Below, one piece after another: positions 9,398 through 19,605 of a stretch of 20,000 nucleotides of DNA. The position numbers and the translations under genes are program-made. Every line of letters starts with the position of its first letter. Position 1 is the first letter of the stretch. The notes under the pieces are model-generated. The model had not been told where the DNA came from, did not search any database, and was given only the letters and a program-made list of their open reading frames with translations. The stretch comes from Chiloscyllium plagiosum. Lineage: Eukaryota. The DNA lies in assembly GCF_004010195.1 (NCBI RefSeq), contig NC_057720.1:16495467-16515466 (forward strand), read 5' to 3'.

Positions 9398-10695
9398 TGT
9401 TATGGCTGATCCGAAAAGTGAACAGGATTTCTGCTTCAGAGCAGGTCAGATTTTCCCATATGATTATGTTTTTCTCAGCTTATTACATATGCACTGATGC
9501 GTAAAGTGCCAAAATTTCATAAGCAGGAAGTTCTGAAGCCTGCCAAGAGCTCTGGTCTCCAACATCCAGGTACCATATTTAAAAACTCAACCTTTGTTCA
9601 TTATCCCCACCCACCCAGTGATGTCATGAGAACAGGCAAAAAGCAGTGGCACACTTCAGACGTTCTCCTAAAGCTTATATTGGCCAGAAAAGAAATTATT
9701 TTCATTGGAATCGCAATAAGAAGCCATCTCAACTGACAAATGCAGCTGGACAGCAGTGGGTGCAGAGGTCAGCACCTGTGGTGGCTCAAGAGAACTTGGC
9801 TCTGGTGTTGCAGAGATCTGCTACAGTCTGCTAGGGCACATACTACTGAATACTAATGCTCTAAATCAGTAAGAATTACAATGTTCTACATATAGCAATA
9901 GGTGTTCCCAGGCAGATCACAGCATGGACTTTGGTTCTGGAAGTCCCTGCCATACAAAAACCTGAGATCCGCACAGAAGAAATTAGAGGGAACACAGGCT
10001 GCCACAATACAGGGCTGCAACACAGGAGGTTGTATGCCACGTATTTCCAGATAGTTCAAATTAGATTAGATTACAGTGTGGAAACAGGCCCTTTGGCCCA
10101 ACAAGTCCACACCGACCCGCCGAAGCAAAACCCACCCATACCCCTACATTTCCCCCTTCCCTAACACTACGGGCAATTTAGTAATGCCAATTCACCTGAC
10201 CCTGCACATCTTTGGACTGTGGGAGGAAACCGGAGCACCCGGAGGAAACCCACGCAGACACGGGGAGAACGTGCAAACTCCACACAGTCAGTCGCCTGAG
10301 GCGGGAATTGAACTCAGGTCTCTGGCGCTGTGAGGCAGCAGTGCTAACCACTGTGCCACCGTGCCGCCCTCAATACAATGTCTCATTTCATCGGAGCTAT
10401 CAATGAAGTGGTATTGGCAGTACAGGGTACTGCTTCTCAGTTGCCAGGATTCACATCAAAAAAAGCAGCCAGAATGTTCAGCAGCTCACATCCATCAGGT
10501 CACTGGCCTTTCAACACAATTAGCTGACATCGGACAGCTTTTCAAAGATTTGCATGGGACAACCACAAAATATTGCATCTTGAGTGGAGACCAATTCTGA
10601 CTTCAGAGCCACTTTCTGGCTCCAATCAGGTTTGCTGACTGTGCAGCTGCTTTGCCTGGCAGATGTGTTGGCCAAGTCAGGCTTCATCCATAACA
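9398..10695. mobile_element. Candidate solo LTR (about 1 kb after removing a nested SINE)
   Basis: Termini are TGTTATGGCTGA...TCATCCATAACA (11/12 inverted match, TG...CA), with a perfect 5-bp direct repeat CTAAG at 9393-9397 and 10696-10700. No coding similarity was recognised inside. Confidence 0.75.
10060..10369 (-). mobile_element. Full-length young HE1-like V-SINE
   Basis: It starts GGGCGGCACGGTGGCACAGTGGTTAGC (A box) and has GAGTTCAATTCC (B box), a V-domain GTGTGGAGTTTGCACGTTCTCCCCGTG...CCGGGTGCTCCGGTTTCCTCCCAC, a CR1-like tail and (TAATC)n. CpGs are retained. Confidence 0.96.
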
Positions 10696-10729
10696 CTAAG
10701 TGTCTTTAGAACAAACCATTCTGTGCATA

Positions 10730-11055
10730 ATAGTCAGTCAGACTCATTTCCAGTAAGGAAATGTCAATTACTCGTGGACATAGGTTTAAGGTAAAAGGGG
10801 TTAGGTTTAAAGGAGATAGAACAGGCAAGCTTTCTTTAAAAAGAGAGTGTGGTTAAGTGCCTGAAATGCCAGAGGTGTTGGTAGAAGCAGATGCAACAGC
10901 AATGTTTAAGAGGTATCTTGATAGATTCGCGAATAGGCAGAGAATACAAGGATACAGACCACATAAAGGCAAAAGGTTTTTCATTTACAAAGGCGTCATG
11001 TCAGCACAGTCTTAGTGGCCCAAAGGGCCTGTTCCTGTGCTGTACCTTACTGTTA
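10730..11055 (+). mobile_element. CR1-type LINE 3' fragment
   Basis: Reads TRGHRFKVKGVRFKGD...VVEADATAMFKRYLDRFANRQRIQGY; the 3' end is GGCCCAAAGGGCCTGTTCCTGTGCTGTA. Confidence 0.88.
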
Positions 11056-12007
11056 ATTATTCTAATATGAAGAATTAAGGAGTTTCAAAAGAAGCCAAAA
11101 GATGAGTGAGGGTTTCAACAGCAGAGCAGACAGAACAGGAGATTTGAAATTATGTAAATATGAAACATTATGGAAAGTACTGAAACTGATCTAACAGAGA
11201 ACAGTTCAAATGACTGCCAAAGAATTTTAGTAAATTTTGATCATGGATGATCATATGAGGAGCACTGGGATGTTCTGTTGCACTGAAGGGAGTAGATAAA
11301 TTTAATGTATTCTTATTCTGCAATTATTCAACAGAGGATCCTTTAAATTTTTTATTAAATTTTGTTGATGCGTTGTCAGGTAGCCAGACAATGATTCAAC
11401 TTGATTTCTTTTATTTCTTTGTACATTTTCTGAAAGTAGCTATGATTCAGGGAAACCTGTGTCAAAGCTTTAGTTTAACAAAATTAAACAGAAATTTCTT
11501 TAAATGGAATGAGGTATATTAGACATGTTTGCAGAAAATCTAGGCTCAATGTAAATAATAAATTCAAGTACAATGAAGTAAAGAAAATAACTGCATTTTC
11601 ATTCCAGTGAATTTATTCAAAAAGTACTTAATTTTAAGACAAAACTCTGTGGATTGATGATAAACAGCTTTAGAAGCAATCAGAACAACTGTAGCAACTG
11701 GATTATGGAGTAATGCATGAATTTTACCGTAGGTTCATGCAAGGTGCTCCTGCATGTGCATGATGAAAATGTGGGCATCAGCAAAGGTTGACTATAACAA
11801 CTGATCATGAACTTAAGACAATGTTCACAATATTAATCAAATGCTATACAGATAACAGTTAGACAAGATGATTTTAACATTACAACATTCATTGTTAGGT
11901 ACACATAATATTGATTTCAAATATGGGTTTCCATCTCAATTGAAGGACATTCATTGATTAATAACTAACAACTGTGGCATCCACAATACATGATAAAATC
12001 TACAATG

Positions 12008-12222
12008 TATTGAAGAAACTCAGCAGGTCTGACAGCATCTGCAGAAAAAGAAAAGCACAGTCAATTTTTCAATGCCAATATGATTCTTCTTTTGAAGACC
12101 TTTGTGCCATATTAGATTTGAAATGTTAACTCTTTTTCTCTCTCCACAGATGCAAACTTTCTCCAGCACTACTTTTTGTTTTTATTTCAGATCTCCAGCA
12201 TGTACAGTGTTCTGGTTTATTT
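12008..12222. mobile_element. Old fold-back PLE pLTR remnant (third family)
   Basis: GCATCTGCAGAAAAAGAAAAGCACAGTCAATTTTTCAA...TTCTTC pairs imperfectly with TGAAGA...TTGAAATGTTAACTCTTTTTCTCTCCACAGATGC. A TGAAGA...GAAATGTT hammerhead-like remnant is present, and the tail GATCTCCAGCATGTACAGT resembles the reverse complement of 3095-3112. Confidence 0.7.
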
Positions 12223-12302
12223 GAAAAGATAAAGTGGGGATATAATCAAGATTTCCGAACAAAAGTATTGTTAATATAAATAAAAGCATGATAAGTGATT
12301 GT

Positions 12303-12620
12303 GGGCGGCACGGTGGCTAGCACTGCTGCCTCACAGCGCCAGAGACCTGGGTTCAATTCCCGCCTCAGGCGACTGAATGTGTGGAGTTTGCACATTCTCC
12401 CCATGTCTGCGTGGGTTTCCTCTGGGTGCTCCGGTTTCCTCCCACAGTCCAAAAATGTGCAGGTCAGGTGAATTGGCCATGCTAAATTGCCCGTAGTGTT
12501 AGGTGCAGGGGTAAATGTAGGGGAATGGGTCTGGGTGGGTTGCGCTTCGGCGGGTCGGTGTGGACTTGTTGGGCTGAAGGGCCTGTTTCCACACTGTAAG
12601 TAATCTAATCTAATCTAATC
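12303..12620 (+). mobile_element. Full-length young HE1-like V-SINE (8-bp deletion in A box)
   Basis: It is near-identical in reverse to 10060-10369 and has a (TAATC)x4 tail. A TSD-like TAAGTGAT lies at 12292-12299 and 12621-12628. Confidence 0.96.
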
Positions 12621-13130
12621 TAAGTGATGACTGTTCTACGTACACGTGAAGACAGCTTTAAAATGAATGAACGGAATGAGACTGGAAGAGACTATTCTTT
12701 TCAAATTACAGTTGCATTGAACTAATGTGCAGTAAAAGATAGTTACAATGGAAAGAGTAATTTCTTCTAAATAGGCTTGATAAATATCACTTTGGAGGGG
12801 TATGGACAGAGATATTCAAACAGTGCAAAGGGACTAGAGCTCTGATTTTTGTTCATACAGTTTTAGAAATATGTACAGCAAAGTAGGTTAGTGTTGAATT
12901 GTTCAAATGTGATTATCCAGCAAAATTTTGGAATTTTACTTTGGTGATTTATATTTGGAGGATCCTCCCTCAAAAGATTAGGTAGTCAGTTATAGAACAT
13001 GATCGAATGGATGGTGCATGAGCAACTTTTATCAATTCAGTAGTCTTTCTTCTATATTCAATACCTTAACATGGAGTTTGATTCTATTCAAAGAAAAACA
13101 ACAAAGATATGTTCAATATTTCAATAGTCC

Positions 13131-14133
13131 AGTGGTTTTCCACAAGGATCCATGTTGGGTCCACTGCTTTTTTTGTCATTTATATAAATTATTTGGATGG
13201 GGACATGGGACATATAGTTAGTAAGTTTGCAGATGACACCAAAATTGGAGTCGTAGTGAACAGCGAAAGGGGTTACCCTCAGATTACAACAGGTTCTTGA
13301 CCAAATGGGCCAATGGGCTGAGGAGAGGCAGATGGAGTTTAATTTAGATAAATGAGATGTGTTGCATTTTAGAAAGGCAATTTAAGGCAGGACTTACATA
13401 CTTAATGCTAAGGTCGTGGAGAGTGTTGATGAACAAAGATCTTGGAGTGCAGGTTTATTGCTCCTTGAAAGCAGAGCCTCACCGTAGATAGGGTGGTGAA
13501 GGCAGCGTTTTGTATGCTTTCCTTGATTGGTCAGAGTATTGAGTACAGAAATTGGGACATCATGTTTTGGCTGTACAGGACGTTAGACCACTGTTGGAAT
13601 ATTGCATGCAATTCTGGTCTTCCTCCTATCGGAGGGACGTTGTGAAACTTGAAAAGGTTCAGAAAAGATTTACAAGGATGTTGCCAGGGTTGGAAGGTTT
13701 GAGCTACAGTGAGAGGCTGAGCAGATTGTAGCTGTTTTCCCTGGAGTGTCGGAGGCTGAGGGGCGACCTTATAGAGGTTTATAAAATCATGAGGGGCACG
13801 AATAGGATAAATAGACAAGGTGTTTTTCCACTGTGTGGGGGAGTCCAGAACTAGAGGGCATAGGTTTAGGGTGAGAGGGGAAAGATATAAAACAGACCTA
13901 AGGGGCAACTTTTTCACGCAGAGGGTCACGCGTGTTTGGAACAAGCAACTAGAAGAAGTGGTAGAGGCTGGTACAACTACGGCATTTCAAAGGCATCTGG
14001 ATGGGTGTATGAATAGGAAGGGATTAGAGCGATATGGGTCAAGTACTGGCAAATGGAACTAGATTAGGTTAGAATATTTGGTTGGCGTGGACAAATTGGA
14101 CTGAAGAGTCTGTTGCTGTGCATGTCTATGACT
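13131..14133 (+). mobile_element. CR1/HER1 LINE 5'-truncated copy with RT core remnant
   Basis: Reads SGFPQGSMLGPLL/FVIYINYLDGDMGHIVSKFADDTKIG (RT FADD motif)...QMEFNLDK*...RPLLEYCMQFWS...TRGHRFRVRGERYKTDLRGNFFTQRVTRVWN, with multiple stops and frameshifts and a CR1 3'UTR. Confidence 0.96.
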
Positions 14134-16080
14134 AACTAAGAAGAATGGCAAGCAATCTTTTTGAAAAATCAACACTCATACTCACATGTTCTAACAAAAA
14201 GGTTCACACTGTTTCATCCGACTATACAGAACTCATGATTAAAATATGTTCCATTATATTTGAAGAAATCTGCTGAAGCCAACTATCAAAAGCCAAATCT
14301 CTATCACTTATCAGCCACATTTTCCTGCATATATTCTCAAACATGATGGTCTTGACTGATGAAACGAGTAATGCATGTAACACGTTCTACCAACAGCCCT
14401 ACTTTGTTCCAGGAAACAGAATATCACATCAAAAGTATGTCATTTGGTGCTCTGTTGTCAAACTCCGATTGATCAGAGAATATAACATACAGTTAAACGC
14501 TACCAAAAACATCAATTAAAAAATGTAAAATAGTAAAAGTGCACCAATGGAATGGGTGGAAATAAGGCTGAAGTGATACTTCCAAAAGAAAAAGGGAAAG
14601 ATTTGTCAAATTCATCCTCCCATCTCAATGCTCATAGAACTCGAATTACACGCTATGTTTCTCCTTCACAAATGGCAATAATGACACAAATGCCTCAAAA
14701 GATTACACAGTACAATTTTGCTGCAATGATTCAGATTAATGCAAGTCTAAATAATTACAGTGCTGGAATTGAATCTTCTGGAATATATGTTTATAAATTA
14801 GTGGCTATGAGAACATACAATTCTTTTGATGCAAGCAAATTATCTGATATTTACCAATGTTAGTCATGTTGGTTTCAGCCTTTTTTTAAAAAAGGCATGC
14901 AAATACAAAAAGCATACTCCCTTCAGTTACCATCCTGATAATACTGGCTTTTTTTAAAAAAAATTGAGTACTTACTATTTCTTGAAATCACAAATCATTC
15001 CCCATAAATTCAGTTCTTCACAAATCCAAAAGTAACTCATACTTTAAGAATCTCATTTCCCATCTATCGATCACTAAATGAAAACTACTAATTTTAGTCA
15101 TTCCAGCCAGTAGTTCTTTTGAGGTCGAGGAGAGAGAAGATGGCAAATATCAGTTTCTTGCATAGCTTCTGATCCAGCACAAAGAAAAATTAAGCTTTTT
15201 TAATCATAGGGATCACTAGATAGAAAGTTGGAGTAGCAAGCATGGTCAAATGTGTTTTAGTCTCTGGCACTCGAAGTAATTTTGTAAATTTCATTTTTGG
15301 GATGCAAGGATTATTAATTAGCCAGGCAAACTGCCTCTTGAACTGCTGCAGGCTACGCAGTGTAAATGTATCAAAATTGCTGTGAGGAAAGAGTTTTAAA
15401 TTTTGAATCCGCAAAAGTGAGAAACACCAATATAGTCTGAGCAAATAGGGGAAGCCCTAAATCTTTTGCTTCAGTTTTCACCAAGGAAAGGGAACTTGTT
15501 TTAAGTGAAAACTTAGAGGAGCTGGGGTACAGTCTCAACCAGATCAAGATTGATAAAGTTGATGTGCTGGAAATTTTGGAAAACATTAAGATTGATAAGT
15601 CCCCAGGGCCAGACCAGATTTATCCTAGGCTGCTCCAGGAAGCGAGAAAGGAGGTTGCACAGCCGCTGGCGAGGATATTTGCCTCCTCACTCTCCACAGG
15701 AGTTGTACCGGAGGTTAGAAGGAGGCGAATGTTGTTCCTCTACAACTCTACTGCTGCAGCTCTACAAGTCCCTGGTGAGACCACACTTGGAATAGTGTGT
15801 CCAGTTCTGGTTGCCCTACTATAGGAAAGATACAGAGACTTTGGAGAGGGTGCAAAGAACTGGACTGGAGGGCTTGCCTTTTGAAGAAAGGTTAAATAAG
15901 CTCAGACTTGTCTCTCTGGAGAGAAGAAGGAAGAGAGGAGACCTGATCGAGGTGTACAAAATAATGAGTGCAATAGATAGAGTCCACAGCTAGAGACTTT
16001 TCCCCAGGGCAGGATTGACTGATACGAGGAGTCATAGTTTGAAGATATTAAGAGGAAGGTATAAAGGAGACGTCAGAGGT

Positions 16081-16545
16081 CAACTCCCCCTCCCACTCAG
16101 CTGAGGACGTGGAGGTCCTGGGCCTTCTTCACCGCCGCTCCCTCACAACCCGACGCCTGGAGGAAAAACACCTCATCTTCCGCTTCAGAACACTTCAACC
16201 CCAGGGCATCAATGTGGACTTCACCAGTTTCTCATTTCCCCTTCCCACACCTCACCCCAGTTCCAAACTTCCAACTCAGCACTGTCTCCATGACTTGTCC
16301 GACCTGCCTATATTCGTTTCCACCTATCCACTCCACCTTCCTCCCTGACCTATCACCTCCATCCCCACCCCCATTCACCCATTGTACTCTCTGCTACTTT
16401 CTCCCCACCCTCCTCATTTATCTCTCCACCCTGCAGGCACTCTGCAGCTATTCCTGATGAAGGGCTTTTGCCCGAAACGTCGACGGCCCTGCTCCTCGGA
16501 TGCTGCCTGAACTACTGTGCTTTCCCAGCACCACTCTAATCTAGA
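16081..16545 (+). mobile_element. Penelope-like element 3' fragment with 9-bp TSD
   Basis: Reads NSPSHSAEDVEVLGLLHRRSLTTRRLEEKHLIFRFRTLQPQGINVDFTSF (PLE GIY-YIG C-terminus), then a pyrimidine-rich UTR and a hammerhead. A perfect GTCAGAGGT lies at 16072-16080 and 16546-16554. Confidence 0.93.
16451..16484 (+). ncRNA. Minimal type I hammerhead ribozyme motif with intact core
   Basis: TTC-CTGATGA-A-GGGC-TTTT-GCCC-GAAAC-GTC-GAC: CUGAUGA, perfect 4-bp stem II, GAAA, palindromic ACGU stem III and GUC triplet. Confidence 0.8.
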
Positions 16546-16943
16546 GTCAGAGGTAGATTCTTAACGCAGAGAGTTGTGAATGCATGGAATGCGTTGCCAG
16601 CTGTGGTGTAGGAAGCAGAGTCATTAGGGACATTTAAGCGACTGCTGACATGCACATGGATAGCAGTGTGTTGGGGGGTGTGTAGGTTAAGTTACTATAT
16701 TTTATATTCGGATTAAACCTCGGCACAACATCGTGGGCCAAAGGACCTGTTCTGTGCTATACTTTTCTATGTTCTATTCGAGTTCCAACTTAAGATGGTA
16801 TGCAAAAACAAAAAGCACATGCAGGTAATGGTGTTACAAGTCTTTGGCTGTTCTTATTCTAGGTAGTAGATTACAAAAAGGTCAGACTTGAAAAGATCAA
16901 AGGAGCCTGGATAAATTGCAGCAATGAAATTTGCTCATTATAC

Positions 16944-17718
16944 TGTGGTCAAGCAATCATGGGCCCAAAATTGGACATTTGAGATTGATCCACAGCCATA
17001 GAAATTGAGCCAGACAAAGTTGGCTAACTTAAACAGCAGCTAACAGCCGAGAACAGTCGAAACCAAAGTCTAAAAAGGTCAAAAAGAGTCACGGAGAACC
17101 AGTTACAGTCAGCCTGAGGGTTGTGTATTGGAGAGGTTTCGATCAGACTTCCTGGCACTTTCACTTCCAGCCAGTGCTTGAGGACAAAACATTTTCACTT
17201 CCCCAGCATGGCAACAGTGCAAATCCAATGGATGTGTTAATCCCTGCTCATGACTCCACTATCCAACATTGTAGGTGGCCCGGGGTGAGAGGATAAGAAC
17301 ACACCCCTGGAAGTTACTCCCGCAGTGAAGACTTGCAGCAAAACTCATTACAGAAGACTGTGCAGCAACCCAAGACCACCCAAGAGAAAAGCAACACCGA
17401 TTTGCGGGACCCACCTTCTTGGATGACAACCAGCCTTAGGTTGGACTGAAAGTAGATTCCAACTGTGCAGCTCAAACACCTGGATCATTATGGGTAATAT
17501 TCTCAGACAGAGCTGGATAGACAGCAAACATTGCAGGAATTTGGAAACTGCTCACATTGTATTTTTAAGGAGGAATATTTTATTAAAAGATATTTGAGTT
17601 GAACCACGAACCAAACTGTGTCCCTTTGTCCACTTCACTGACAAGAGTCTTTGAGAAGAGTGTTTTTAATATACAAGAGGAGTCGAAAGTGTTCAAAATG
17701 TCCAAAACATGGACAACA
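16944..17718. mobile_element. Candidate solo LTR (775 bp)
   Basis: Termini are TGTGGTC...GACAACA (6/7 inverted), with 4-bp flanks ATAC (16940-16943) and GTAC (17719-17722). It cleanly interrupts the ancient LINE reading frame. ATTAAA at 17582-17587 is a possible poly(A) signal on the + strand. Confidence 0.75.
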
Positions 17719-19605
17719 GTACACACTGCAGTTTCTGTGCACATTGGTGGAGAAAGTACATGTGGAAGGAAATGGGTAGGGTGCCAAATAAGTGGGTTGC
17801 TTTGTAGAGTATGGTATCTAGCTGCTTGAATGTTGCAATGAAGCCACACTCATCCAGGCAAGTGGGAAGGGTAACAGTCACCCCAAAAACAACCTCGAGG
17901 AAAATTGGCAGAATAATGCCTGCAAGTCAAATATTGGCTGGCAGTGGGGAATAACATGCCGAGCAAATTCTATTCTTACCTCCATATCAGCACAAACGTC
18001 CTGGCACCATTTCCTTTCAGACAAACATGCAGTTTTTTCTTTTTAAATGAACATAATACAAAATATTTTCAAAATTTCTCTTTTGAGATTTTTTCAAACA
18101 TAGTAAGATGGATGCTAATGAAAGGTGAAAGGAAACAGTGGTGTAGCTGAATGACTGAACTACATATTTTTTCGCAGGAATTGTCCCCATTGCATATGTT
18201 TAGACAGCACCTACATTCAACAGTCACAGATTTGGGCACATAATATCGAATCTAAGCTCCCATCCACAACATCGGAGTGAAGCCTAATTTTGTAAAACAA
18301 AAATTTCTGATTGTAATAGCAGATGAAATATTCCCTCCAAAAGTTTTTTTTTTGAATGATTCAATTACAGCGACATTAGAGGTATGTCATTCTGTCCAGG
18401 TCTTGCACCCAACCCACAGTCTGCCTGCTTGTGACATTCCGACACGCATACATCACTAGCCAAATCCCTTCCAGATATCGAGCAGTTCTGGTAACATCTG
18501 ACATACACATCTCTGTTCAACAGTCAATGATCAGACCAAATCAGCCATTCAATATGCAGCTTGCAACACAACATGAACCTTACCTGACACTCTACTCACC
18601 AAATGCCATCTAAGAGCAAGCAAAAATAAGCTGAAAGAAGATCAGACAGCATACAAAGAGGTGAAGGGTTAAAGGAGGAAGGGAGAAAGAGACAAATAGC
18701 AACATGACAGTTCAGAAATTGTAAAATCAAACTTCCTCAAAATAATCATTCTGCATGTAATAAATACAGAATCACTGTACAGGATGTTACAATTCAGGGA
18801 CTATAAAAGTCTACACACCATTACGACTGCTTTTTTTTATTTTTCTGCATTTCTGATTGTGGACTGAAATAGGAGAAGAATTGTTGTAAAAGTTAGTGTA
18901 TGAATGGAGATTTGGCCTGCAACAAGTCACTGAGTGGTCTGGGGAGTGATGGTCAATCGTTGATGTTGAAGGCTTTGTCTGCCAACCATTATGTGACTCA
19001 CTCCCAGGTAACTGAACAGCTTGTGGGTGCAAATGTTTGGGAAAAAGCCAATTGGATCCCTGGAAAGAAAAGGAGTGGTCATCGCTGCAGTCAAAATAAG
19101 ATCAGGTCTGAAAAATAAAACCAGTATATTTCACCTCATAAGCTGTGGACCTTAATCAAGCAGTCATATACTTCACAAGTGTAAACAGATGTTCTGTGTC
19201 TCCTGCAAGCAAGTGAAAGTATCTGGCGAAGGAAGATTGAGGAGCAGCAAATCCCGACAAAGGAAAAGGATTGTCTCAGCAAGTCCTGTTGACAGAAGCC
19301 ATGGAACAATCCTTCCAGCCCTTCCCTCCACCTGCAACACATGATTTTTTGGTGTCTGTGTGTGCATGAAGATTTGAATAGCTATTTCTTTCAGCAAAGT
19401 ACTTAAATCTGGTTTGCGTTTTCTATCAACCAGGGTGTAAACCAGAGGTAAATTTGGAAATTGTGTATTTTTATGAAATCTGAAACATTTGCAATGTTTT
19501 TAGGATTATCTAGCAAATTTCCCCAGTGAGACAAAATACACACCAAAACAAATGGGCAACAAAAGAGTTGTTCTGTGAAATTACGTGATGATATACATGA
19601 TATTT

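Larger units (their letters stand above)
15434..16777 (+). mobile_element. CR1/HER1 LINE with RT core deleted and interrupted by a PLE
   Basis: FASVFTKE...IKIDKSPGPDQIYPRLLQEARKEVAQPLARIFASSLSTGVVPE...EANVVPL jumps at about 15741-15750 to [26 protein letters not shown]. After the insert it resumes RGRFLTQRVVNAWNALP and ends (CTATGTT)n. Confidence 0.95.
15290..17882 (-). mobile_element. Ancient non-LTR retrotransposon (CR1/L2-group, distinct family) in three pieces: 15290-15433, 16781-16943, 17719-17882
   Basis: The minus-strand pieces join into PLAWMS.../TFKQLDTILYKATHLFGT...AVCT|MSKFHCCNLSRL...SLQQFKR, a post-RT LINE C-terminal pattern. The frame is restored across the 16944-17718 insert when one TSD copy is removed. 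Confidence 0.7.

Noticed and set aside
10295..10369. tRNA gene (also at 12303-12365 and 3402-3465)
   Set aside because: These are tRNA-derived SINE heads continuing into the V-domain and LINE-like tail.
11757..11812. Box C/D snoRNA-like ATGATGA...CTGA
   Set aside because: The boxes span only about 45 nt, with no clear terminal stem adjacent to both boxes and no recognisable guide.
13531..13944. 137-aa minus-strand ORF (also 19510-19872)
   Set aside because: These are antisense frames of CR1 ORF2.
14552..14863. 103-aa ORF in AT-rich unique sequence
   Set aside because: There is no recognisable domain or splice context. It could be a conserved non-coding element, but that cannot be judged without alignments.
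19133..19335. Minus-strand exon candidate (TGTTGCAG|...GAG|GTGAAA)
   Set aside because: All three frames hit a stop before the donor, the polypyrimidine tract is poor and no protein is recognisable; a non-coding exon cannot be excluded.
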